Source of the DNA: Tubiluchus corallicola
Lineage: Eukaryota; Animalia; Priapulida
DNA length: 64,000 nt
Reading direction: 5' to 3'
Assembly (NCBI GenBank): GCA_030141605.1
Contig: JAQGDQ010000133.1
Location: forward strand, 186,001 to 250,000
Shown: piece by piece, positions 27,401 to 39,600 of the stretch
Layout: every line of letters begins with the position of its first letter
Position numbering within the stretch: the stretch's first letter is position 1
Notes under the pieces: generated by a model
Database searches by the model: none
Seen by the model: the letters and a program-made list of their open reading frames with translations, nothing else
Told to the model about the DNA's origin: nothing
Program-made: the position numbers and the translations under genes

Positions 27401-30400
27401 AGTCATTCCCTAGTAGCCGATTTTCTCAAACGGAAGACCATAGAAGCAAATTTAGGAAAGATGAACTTTTGTGAAAAAATGAAAGGATCAAGAAAAGATG
27501 GTAAGTGGTAGCATACGATAAGCAAAGTCTTTGAAGCCTCTTAGGAATATTTCAGTTGCCAAAGGCTTCGAAATACATAAAAATAATAATCGTCAATTTT
27601 AAGCTAAGGAGTTATGCAGCCCCCTTTTTAACTGTATAGTAGCTTTCTTAGAAGGTATAAAAAACTTTTTGTATGCGCCCATAACCAAACTAGTTTTTTG
27701 CACCTCTATGTATGGAGGATCTAAATTTCCCTTTTTTGCACAGGGAGCTTACTGCTAGTAATGCCCTTCCCGTACTGATCTTATTATTAGTGGGTTTTCA
27801 GTTGTTAATTCAAGCTGTTAATCATTGTGCCGCTTAATGATGTTATAATTAGCAGCCCGTTTCTTTGTTAAATGAGGTGATCCAAAGAAAGTTTACATAC
27901 CCCAGTTTTTGGATATTGAATTGTGATAAACCAGAATACTTAACACTTTACATGTAATGAACAATTAACCAAATTTTATTGTTAATTGATTGAAAGAGGA
28001 AGAGCCTGAAAAACTGTGGGTCAGGAGAACTCGCATTTTTAGGGCTTTCCAACTAAGTAACACTGTAAGTTAATTATTGATTACATAGAAAGCCTTAGAT
28101 TTTTTTATCTGATCTATTACGCTTCAGTATCTGGAAAAATTATCATTAGTTGTGAGTTGAGCGCAGCTAATTTGATTATTACGCTCTTCATTGTAATTTG
28201 TAACATAAATCAAGCTCTTCTTGCGCCTCCTGGTTTTTTTGTTGCACTCAATATTTAAAATTATAAAAATTTTGCAGTTTGCAGTAGCAAATAAAGCACT
28301 ACGCTGTAATTGTGCATATGATAAGTAAGTCTTCTACTAAACTGATTAAAGTTTTCTTGTTTATTCTGCACTGTAGATATGGCAACTTTGCAAGCTGTTT
28401 TTTTGGTTAAAGAAGGAAAAGAGAATGTATGATGATGCTCTTGGTTCACTCTCTTAAGAATGAACGTTTCGTTACGAATGTAAATACATACTTTTAGTGA
28501 AGTTTATTGCCTAACACGCTTTTCAGGGTAGTTTACTATGTTACTGATGCGTAGGAATGATATAGTTGTTGGTATTTTAGTTCTAACTGACCTTAAATAT
28601 AATGCTGCCCGAGCTAGAACATCTGCTTTTTATACGTATGTGAGCTTTCCTGTAACTTCAGCCAGTCAGCAAAAAACAAATAAACAGCTTCTCATTTTCT
28701 GGGACGATTTTCTGAATTTGTTTGGAGGGGCACTTTGCCAACTCTTATTTTTGCTGAAATGCCACAGAAGCTAAGTATTTGTTAAAGAAAAGATTTTTAC
28801 GTTAAATTTAATTTTTTACAGAATGAATTGGCGCTATGAATTTTGTTACATTTGTTACACTGATATGCTGTATTGATCAGTTAGTCCTACAGTGAATCTC
28901 CTGCCTAGTTGTAGGTTTGAAGGTGTGTAATTATTAGAAGTATCTAGAAACAGTAGTTGCAAATGAGTGGTGTATCGACAGGGTCTGCTATTAACACACT
29001 GAACTACCTCAGTAGCTGATCTGTCAGCATGGATCGTTTGCCTGGATAGGATAATACTGAATAATTACCAGACATCGTTGGGGGGGGGGGAGATGTATAT
29101 ACATCTGAATTTTGTGATACCTGTATTACTTTGTTGTCTTATTTTAAAAGATTATCATTGTTAGTGAGATAGATTCGGGTACAGCCACAGCCATCTGCAT
29201 TGAGTAAGCCTGCCCTTGAGTGCTTTCTCTCAGCTTGCAGGGTGCTAAATTGTATAAGGAAAGATGCTTTCCAGTTTTCACTTTTGAAACAGTGATCCTG
29301 CTGGCGATACACAAAGAGGTGGCTATGGCCTGGCCTGACACAACCAAGGAGTTAACGAATATTCCATGAAAAAGGTCAACTGCTGTGTGTGGTGACCCTT
29401 GGTCACAGTCGTAGGGTTTTTAAGGTCCTTTGCTTCCACGACTTTTTGAGCACAGCTTTCCACAGGTTTGGTTCCTATATGTTCCCAGTATGCTTCCCAA
29501 CCTGTTTTGACTTTACGTAACTGATTGATTTACACGTGTGCCATCACTGGTACGTTGTTATTTGTTCGCACATTTGAGTATAAATAAATTTTTACTTACT
29601 TGCTTATTTACTTACTTAGTTGCCAATTTAAAAAAATACACGTATTTTTCATGTGGTAAACGATTTGTGTCTGGTACACTGATAAAACGGATCGAGTCTA
29701 CACTTTAATAGATGTTCATTGTGAGTGAAATATTTGAAGCGTACAAGTGTTTGTGTCTAACAAGTTAAGAAATTCGTTCTTGTCAGGAAATGAAAAACGC
29801 AATCTGAGGTGTGGTATCAATTTATTAAATTCAAATTTTATGTTTTTATGTTCTTGCTTCATAACTAATAATAATTATGTATGACTCTTATTAGTAATTA
29901 AATTAACGACAATCATACAATGTCCTTTTTTAAGTTGTTGTACACTACCATTGACAAGGTCTACACTAAATCTGTAGGTATATAATTAGACATTACAGCG
30001 TTTGTATTACTTATGGGTTACAAGGTTTATATGCGTAGGGTGCCATGCTGCAGTCGCAAACACCTTCTTCCATCAAACATGGGAGAAAGAAAGGAATAAC
30101 TTGTGGACCTTGTGGAGTAGCTTTTTTGCACGTACACGGCTTATTTCGTGAATATATCTGAAAAAAATTCGTATTTTCACTATAGTATGGAGGGTAGGCA
30201 TATTTTCACCGTAGTATAACGACAATCATACAATGTCCTTTTTTAAGTTGTTGTACACTACCATTGACAAGGTCTACACTAAATCTGTAGGTATATAATT
30301 AGACATTACAGCGTTTGTATTACTTATGGGTTACAAGGTTTATATGCGTAGTAATATTGTGCGCGCGTTTTCACAGCAGTATGGATGACAGGCATATTTT

Positions 30401-33400
30401 TAAACAGATACGAATAGTACTTGCTAGTTAAACTTTTTCTGCGCCAGCTTTTGGTCCTTTGGTTAAGCGTCTCGACTACAGTGTTCTGCGTCAGCTCCTG
30501 GCCGTAAGGTTATTTGCAAAAAGAGCAAACGGCGCATGAAAAGTACTGCAATCCATACTACTTCACGCTACTTGTTACAGTTGACACATAAAAATCTAAA
30601 ATCGACACAAATTTTCGCAACTAAATTTACCTTTCTGCTTAATTAAACAAATTCTTTTTTGGGGGGCTTTAATTTTTATTTGAAATTCGGAGACTGACTC
30701 AGCTATAGAATAGAACCATGTATCCTGATTAGGCGGAGCTCTTTTCTTAATCGTTGAATGACTAGAATAAGGGCAAGTAAGAAACTGAAAGACTGGCTCT
30801 AGCAAAAGTTTTTATTTTTTTTCCACAAAAAATTCGTAATCTAAGTGAATTATAAACTTTTATAGGGTGACTCACTACCTTTTTATGGTCGCGTCCAGTT
30901 TTGCATAGTTCACAAACTTATAAAGAACAGGCTAATACATTTTCTGTCACTTCTGAAAACACATTAAAGATATTACCTCTACACATTTTTCTGTTCCTTT
31001 AAATAGACCACACGCGCATTCTGAGTGGAAAGGCCAGTCAGTAAGCTGTTTATATGGTGTGCAGCTTTCTTCACAAGTTATCCCGAACACCCCCAGTGTG
31101 ATGTCGCTCAGACAAATTGCTTGATCTAGGTTACTCTTCACAACAATCTGCAATAATCAAGACTTCTAATATCTGACATGTCGAAGACACTGCAGTAGTA
31201 TGACGAAGTCAATAAAAATCAAATTAGTTAAGTATAATCAAATTATTTTAAATTATTAATTAATAATAGTTAATTAATACACAGTCACCATCAACATTGA
31301 TCAAACGCTATCATCGCAGTTATTGTTATTGACATCATAATTCATTTTACTGCCATTGAATTAAATCTACTAAAGGCATTTCTGGCACAATAATAGTGAA
31401 GCTGATTGCCATCCAATTCGTTATCATCATCGTCATCGTCGTAGCCATCGTCATCATAATCGCATCGTCGTCGCCATCACCATCATCAGCGTCATTGCCA
31501 TCTTGCATCATCATTCAGATTTCGGAAGTGAATGAATTCTGCTGAAATGCTAATCAAAGTTAAAGTTTAGCAATATGTTTAACGTACCAGAAGTGAAAAT
31601 AAAACACAAACACCCAGCTTCATGATTCTGCAGATCAGAGGCTTGTTGTATGCGTGATGTAAACGATAATAGTAACCTGGATATTCCAGTTTCATTGCTT
31701 TTATACTGGCGTGAATTTTTTATCAAACGATATTTAACAAGGAATGCAGCTGAGCATAATTTAGTATGATTCAATCTGACAAGAAGATGACTTGCTTCGC
31801 GCGGATCTGATTCTGCAATCTGATGTAATATCTTCACATTTATTATACCAATATGTACTGTAAAGTTATTAAGTAATTATAATAAGAAATGTTTAGTAAA
31901 AAACACATGGGTGTTTGTTTACCATAGGAATTTTGTACAGGTTTCGACGGTGGGGGAATGTGCAATGCAGTAAGTAAATAGCCGTTGATGATAATGGTTT
32001 ATGGGTATTTGAAGTTTTTCACAAATGTTGCGATAGATTTGATTCAAGGTGACTTTGAAAAATAGCAAACAATCATTCATACGATACTTGATGTAATTCT
32101 AGAATTTACAAATTCTTAATAACAAGAAAACATATCAGTAGTTACAAACATCCCACAACAAAAGAAGTTTTCTGTACTCTTTTGTTGTCTATAACCTTTT
32201 TTTATTCACGTTTAAACTGCACTGAATCCAGTTAAAAAAGTCACATGAAAAAAACGCACAGGAAAAAAGAAATAACTTTAACCATAACCCCAACCCTAAC
32301 CCTAACATTAACCCTGACCCCTAACCCTACCCAAAATTAATTCTGACTTTTTCCTAAGACTTTTTACCTAGAAAAATTTGAGATTTTTCCGCGAATATTT
32401 TTACCGGTCACCATTGCACTATAACAGTCATCAGCATTGCTGCATTTGTTGTCTTATATTTATAGGTACTGGTTACATATTGAGCCTTTTGAAAAATTAA
32501 GTAGACAAAAGCAAAGTTCTTAACGCAGTTTTTCAAAATATATTGTAATAGAACAGCAGATAAAAAGTATTCGCTTGTAACATGTCGCTTAAAACCTTAC
32601 GATGAAACTGGTTAAAATTGCAAGTTTATTCGACATAAAAGGTCACTGGAAGGACATAGATGGCAAACAAAACCGCAGGTCATTGGATGGCAATACGAAG
32701 ATATTTTTATAATTTACTGACCCCTGTTGTGTTCATCGGGAAACTTTAACGCTCAATTGTAGAGATATGGATATAGACATAGGTGCATGTAGATGAGGGC
32801 TCGGTCAGTTTGTAACTCTGGTAAATTTTGAGCATTTTGTACAGTGGCTAATACAGTCCGAATGGTTACCCACTGTAAAACATGTAAGTAACTGACACTT
32901 GTCAGTCGTGAATTGTCTTTTCAAACTTTGGGAATAAAAAGTTTGTTAACTGTACGAGTCACTTAATCAGTCGGTAAATTGTGCACTGAATATAGATTCA
33001 AATTTCTCAAAATGTGAATTTCTTGAAAGAAGTAGTCCAAGTTTCCCAGACCGTGTAACAGCAATGTAAGACAATTCACTTGAACATTAGATTGGTACAT
33101 TTGAATGTTAAGTAAACTAGTTTGAATATAGAAGCTTTGTAGTCTAAGTTTCGTAGAAGACGATAACGAACTTATAAAGACGCAGTTACTCCGCTGCGTT
33201 CAGGTTGTTTGACCGTCAAAGGCAATTAGCTTCAAAAATCAAAGTAAAACCGACAGCTGACTGGAATTTTTATCGCCATCAAACTTGAACGTGACGGTTA
33301 GTCTCCAAGATAATGTTTGAAAACATTGCTCGAAATTACAAGCATAGGGCAGTTGAGTAATGTAAGAAGTGTAAGTACAGACCTCCTACATCTAGGATGT

Positions 33401-36400
33401 AAGACCAGCGCTAGCGTCGCAGATCTAGGAGAACCCATACGACAAAACTTTATTCATCATCGTCATTTCGTTATTGTTAGGCATCCAGTTTTCCACTTTT
33501 CAATTCTTATTAACTCGCAAGCACAGAGAGCAGGATACCACAGGGGCCTTGATGAAAGTGGCTTGGTGAACGGCGACCTCGGTCAAAGCATCGAAGACAT
33601 TGGACACCGGTCAGTTTTTACATTGCCATTCAGCTGCTCTTAGGGCTTTGGTGCGACATGCACATATTTTGGAAACGGCAAGGACTCGTATAAGTTATAA
33701 TTTGTCCACACGGGCAAAAATTAAAAAGTATGTAGTGAATATTCTCATATGTTATTAGTGTCAATATATTGTTTTGTGCATAAGACTGTTTTATATACCA
33801 ATGAAGATTTAAAATCAGTAAAACCTACTACCCTATTCTTGTTTTTATTATTCTTATTCTGTACTCTGGAAACCACACAATAGAGTCCCACGTGAAATAG
33901 GTTCTCAATAGTGTAATATCGCACACCGAACGCGCAGGGTAGACAGGGTAGACTGGGAAGAAAACTTGAACAGAGACCTCTGTTAAAGGGTTATTGACAC
34001 TGGACATAAGGTGCAAACACGGCTACGGCGTTACGCTCGCGGATTTAATTTCGGGATTTTGAGAGTAAGGTTAGTGCTGATTTCCTGAATCCGGATAATT
34101 AATTACTAGAACCTTGGATTTGCCATTATAAAATAGGAATTATTCATCTTGCATACATTTTGCTTCTACGTAGTACGCAAATTGAGCTTGGTAATCGTAT
34201 TACTGCTTTCAAAAACTCTCTAGAACAGTGGTTCCCAAAGTAGGGGTAAATTACCCCCCGGGGGTAATATGGTTTTTTTGGGGGGTAACGGGCACCCCTC
34301 TGAAAATTTTTAAAACTTCGCTCGGAATGCATTTTACGTAGTTTTCTTCTTGAAGAGACTGCCTCCGGCAGGCAACACTGTGTCATGGGGTCCATCACAT
34401 AAATAATTTTGCTTGCTTGTGGCATATACGTGTGTTTACTTTTTGAGTTGGAGAAGTAGTACTAGGTGTGGGGTAATGGACACGACCGGGTTTCCCGATT
34501 TGGGTAACGGCCCGAGAAAGTTTGGGAACCACTGCTCTAGAAGAACAAGTCATATATCTGTATTGTTTTGTTTTGTGTTAGTTTGTAAGAGATGGTACGA
34601 AAACGCAAAACTAATTAAAGTAACTGATGTTCATTTAAAAGTAGGCTAAATTATCACATTAAGTTTCTTTTTTGAAACTGTAAAACATTTCTGTAAGTGA
34701 AGCTTGTGTGACGTGTATTTTGTAGGGATGAGTATTTTCTACCAGAAAACGAATTCGAATCTAACCAAATTTCAGTATTTCGAATCCGAATCCAATTCGA
34801 ATTGAGTTTGAGAGATCTTTGAACAAGTTTTCGAACCACTAGTAAAAAGTAGACTTACAAAGATCATGCATATTACGTGATTTTGTTCTGCAGTAAAACC
34901 ACTATTAGCTAGTTAAAAAATTTTGCACAGAAACTGCAGCTAAATTTTGCTAATTGCATGCTGTTTCAAACATTTTAATGATAAAAACGCATGTGGCTGA
35001 AGTGCTGAATTATTCGAATCTATATTTTAGGCTCGAATCGAATTCGATTGTTCGATGTTCACCCCTAGTACTTTGTTGATTTTTAGCTTTTACAAAAGTC
35101 CCAGGTATAGAAATTCTCTCCCGGATCTCGGGATTGGGTAAGCTCGGGACTGAGATCTGGTTTTCTGTTGCAGGAAAGAGACGTTTCATTAAAACGCGGA
35201 ATAAATGGAGAGTTGGGACTGAGTATAAAGGTATAATTTATTCGAGCGATTTTGTTTATTTCTTTTTTAAAGTAGTTTGTGATTTCAACATTTTAGAATC
35301 TCAAAATTTATTGCATTCTTAATTTTTGCCAGATTGCATTTCATGTTTGTTGAGTGAATTTTATTGATTTGTGAATAATTTTGCATTGATGCATGCATGT
35401 AAAATCAATAACAGATGACCGAAATACGTTGTATTATCGGAATTGCCTTTAATTAGCTTTTGTATGCTTGAAGATTTCATAGAAACAACAAGTTAAGTAT
35501 TGTTGAATTCGACAAAACTTTATAATTCGACGGTACTAATACGTTAAATGTCCCACAATAAAAATTCTTTTCAGCCCTTTTCAGCTTTTCAACGTTTCAG
35601 CCCTACACTAATAGGCATCGTCTGGCACTGCTATTATGATAGCTACCAGATTTTTTTGTAGTGGCATAGTTAATATTACGATTATTGTTCTTGTTATTAA
35701 GAATTTTTTGAGCCCAAGTTTACGTAACGTTGTTGATTTTATTAACGCTTATTAGAAATTTATTCAGCTGGAGCTCAACTCTTAATCCAATAAAACCTTC
35801 AAAAGTGCAAGGCTTTGTTATTACTATTTGGTAACTTGCATTTCAGTTCCTTTAATTTTAATCAAATGTATCTTTTTTCTTTTCATAATTTGCCCAAACC
35901 GGCTTTGAGTTTAAATCCATTAGCCAAAATGGGCATCAAAGAATTAAACTATTTTATTATTCTATTCGTCAGATCATGTAGTTATTTTACTCCGCCCGAA
36001 CGTGACTCTCTTCTTCTTCTAAATATTTTTCAGGGAGGCGCTGAGCACAATCTGCCAATCCTGATATCCAAGATCTACAAAGATAGCGGAGGTGAGCTTC
36101 ATACAATACATTTTATAAGTATTCTGAACGGTTCCGCCGAGTTTAAATTGACTACAGAAAGCTGCTCGCTTTCATCAATTTCGGTTTAATTTCAGTGCAG
36201 AAAATTAAATTTTCCATGGGAGTTGAGCCCAGCGTTTTATTAGCCAGTAAATGAAATCTTCGTCCTTCGTTTTCTAGCTGTAAGATGTTGGTTTAATTTT
36301 CTTGCAAAGGTTTATTTTTATTCAATTATTGGGACTTACTGTAAATTGGTTTATTTTTCAGCTGCCAAATGCGGAAAATTGCATGTGGGCGATGCAATAA

Positions 36401-36537
36401 CAAAGGTAATTAAAGGTTTTTTCTCGGCAGAAACTTTATTGTTAGAGTTTATTTTCACATTTGATTCATTGCTTTAGCTTTTATTTGGTCATCATCAAAG
36501 TCGTCATTCATCTTCATTAGTACTATCAATATCATGG

Positions 36538-36617
<80 letters not shown>

Positions 36618-39600
36618 TTCATCACTGCCAACTTTATTTAGTTTTCACCATCATCATGTCTTCATCATCGCCAACTTTATTTAGCTTTCATCATCATCAT
36701 CATCATCATCATCCTCTGCTTCTCATTTACAAGTACTGCTGTTAGTACTGTCATTACTCATTACCAACACAATTGCCAGTTTAAACATTAACAACACAAT
36801 TTAGCATCATTATTAATATCCTCATTTCACACCACATCTCTTTTCGTCATCATTTTTTTATCAATTTTTCATTTGAATTGCTTTCTCATTCCTTTTTGTG
36901 TTTTTCTTCTTGATTAATGCTGATAACCATGTAACAATGTTATGCAGAGTTTGACTATGTGAGGTAAAAGAGTGGCAATACTTTTTCAATTTCAATTCAT
37001 TTAATTTATTTTGCGAAATAAACAAACATTGACTTTGTACATCAAAATACAGAGCATGATAAGATTAATACAGTACATTGCAAGTTATACTTGATGCTAG
37101 AGACTCAGAAGTAAGTATTGATAACACATTGCTAGTAGTTAAACCTACAATAATGTGATACCTAAATTTAATTAATGTAATGAAAACGTGTAGAAGATTT
37201 GGAGCTATGTGTTGTTATAAGTGAGAAAGAATTAAGACAATACTAGTGAGAAAACCTTAAATGTTGTTGTTTATGCAAACTGGTCTGTGTGTTCAGGTTT
37301 ATAAACCAACAAAAATCTTTAATTGAATTGAAGTGACGTTTTTTTAGATATTTACATCCATATAACATACAATAAATTATACACACATAACTTGCAAAAC
37401 TGCTACTGAATGTAAATAACAATAAACAGTATGACTGGTTATTGTTTGTGTATAACATGTAACACAAAATAAAGAAACCACAAATGTTATTTTTTTATAT
37501 AGATAAACGGTCATTACATAGAGAATTGTACCCATGACGCTGCAGTTGAACTTCTACGGAGAGCAGGCAACCAAATTATGTTGACTGTCAGACATTATAA
37601 AGTAGCTGCTCCATTTCTTGCCACAAAACCGGACACCCCACCACATAGCTATTGCAATGAAGGCAGTTGCTTTGACTCGGGGTCAAAGTCAAAGGTAAGT
37701 CTGCAGGTCATGGTCATGCAAGGTAGGTCTGCAAATGTAGTGGTCAATGTCAAGTGTAGGTTTCTAAGTCTTCTGTAACTGCTTGTGCTTTTACAACTAC
37801 TTTGCTATAGTCAATGAAGAAACAATATTTTCGTTGAAGAAATTTTGAAGAAGACAATAGTCATTAAAGAAGCATTTTAGTTTCATTCCGTTGTAAGATG
37901 TTTCACCAGTTGCATCAGTTCTCTATATGCTTCTTATATAGCTAACTTGTCAACTTAACAAACTGAAGCTCCTTTCTGGTTTTTTTATGGTTTAAATCTT
38001 AGCAGAGAGAATTTTTAAGCTTCCTGATTTCTTTTGCTTATGTGCAATTTCAATACAACACTTTCTTATTAATGTCATTGCTGTTTTTAAGAAATCATAC
38101 TATTAGAAAATGCTCAGAAGTAGATTTAGAATTCTTACCTGCATTTCATAAAAACTTGTGATGTGATGTTTTAGTTTGATTTGTTTTTTACATTTTAACG
38201 CTAATATCAAATCTCTGGATAATTTTCCAGTGTTCAAGTCATTCATGTAAGCAGTTAATGCCAAAGCTTGAAAAGCACTGGACAGATATAATCAATATCC
38301 ACTTGCTGATGGCGTATGTCACCAGATACGTGATGGGAACTGACAAACTAAGGTACTAAATTACTGATTTTGGTGCTGATGTTCATAATTGCAATAATTT
38401 TTAATAAAATGTGTTTTTTTGGTAGAATTGATCAGGACACTTCTAGTTTTACCTAATATGGAAAAATTACAAAACGAAAATGAATTAGCCGAGTGGTCAT
38501 GGTGTGTGCTTAGTGAGCAAAGTTAAACGATGCTTACATTGGTTAGTAAATGAATGGATGGTCATAGAGAAAATAACTTCTAGTTTTACCTAATGTGCAA
38601 AAATTACAAGACATAAGAGGATTAGCCGAGTGGTCATCGTGTGTGCTTAGTGAGCGAAGTTAAACGATGCTTACATTGGTTAGTAAATGAATGGATGATC
38701 ATAGAGAAAATAACTTGTGGAAAATTTTACTGTTTCATCTATCATATTTTCCCCAGTGATTTGCCTCATTGAGGGAAGATATTTGCACATTCACTTATAG
38801 TTAAAATGCCTGTGTCGGTTCAGTGTCTCACACAGAGGATTATCAGTGACGAGGCAGCTTCCAGTTTGCTGCAACCATCTGCATATGTAGGCCCCACTGT
38901 TCAAATGCTGACTTCCAGCCTGCCGAGTGCCAAACTGTTTAAAAATCCCTTAAGGACACAGCAGCCTTTGTTGGTTCAGTACAAATATACATAGGTGGCA
39001 CTACTAAGTAGTTGTTGCAAACGTTTTCCCTAGGTATATTATCTAAAAAATTTTATACACGCCTTACAAGAAACAAGATGAAGTATGTCATAGACTAATG
39101 CATCATAAAAAAGGGGATTCTTATAAAATATTTTGATTTGCTAAGTCTTTTAGTATTTTTTGTAGACCGGATGCCTTTGAAGTATTAGCAATGAATTGCC
39201 AAAGTTCTGGGGTTGTTCACTGTGATGACGTCTCTGTGCTTTCTGATTGGGTGAAGCACATAGCAAACAATATAACAGCTGCTAACATTCAGCACGTAAG
39301 TGTAGATAAGAACTTAATACTGAATTTTAATATTTAATTTAAATTACATTTAATTTTAACTTGCTTGTTTTCAGTAACTGTGTGGTTCTGTTTTAAGCTG
39401 TCAAGTGCAAGCCTTCCTTTTTGAATGATGGCTACTGTATCATTACACACATTTTTTGCAGATAAAAATGCTGAACCGTGCCCTACCTCCAGGAGAACAG
39501 GTAAACATTAATGCTTTTATGGTGTGAACATGAGTCGCTTAAAGCCTTTAAAGCACAGCAGTGTTTGTTAGTTGTGTATTAGTTTTTATTAGTTTTTGTA

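Larger units (their letters stand above)
28240..32725. repeat. Segmental duplication unit B (paralogous to about 23860-27135), containing nested gene B
   Basis: Same colinear blocks as unit A, with extra inserted sequence (e.g. about 28900-29600 and 32220-32412). Boundaries approximate. Confidence 0.85.

Noticed and set aside
28630-28668. In-frame TGA aligned with a Cys codon of the paralogous block, suggesting selenocysteine
   Set aside because: A TAA follows 12 codons later, the block is not linked to any gene model, and I could not identify a SECIS; a simple point mutation is more parsimonious.
23906-28774. Plus-strand ORFs 23906..24226 and 28538..28774 sharing NKQL.IF...CQ
   Set aside because: The similarity reflects the duplicated DNA block; starts and ends are not homologous and there is no splice or domain support.
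26349-31837. Similar ORFs 26349..26561 and 31550..31837 (RQYKSNETGISRLLL...) as a duplicated protein
   Set aside because: Wrong frame: they run through the TATA box and 5' UTR of the nested genes, and the real coding frame is the MKLGVCVLFSLL signal-peptide exon.
33317-33643. 108-aa plus-strand ORF inside the syntrophin intron
   Set aside because: Non-ATG start, no recognisable domain, no splice support.
38439-38716. Functional 5S rRNA or tRNA genes
   Set aside because: Only partial, heavily diverged similarity; treated as SINE-like remnants.
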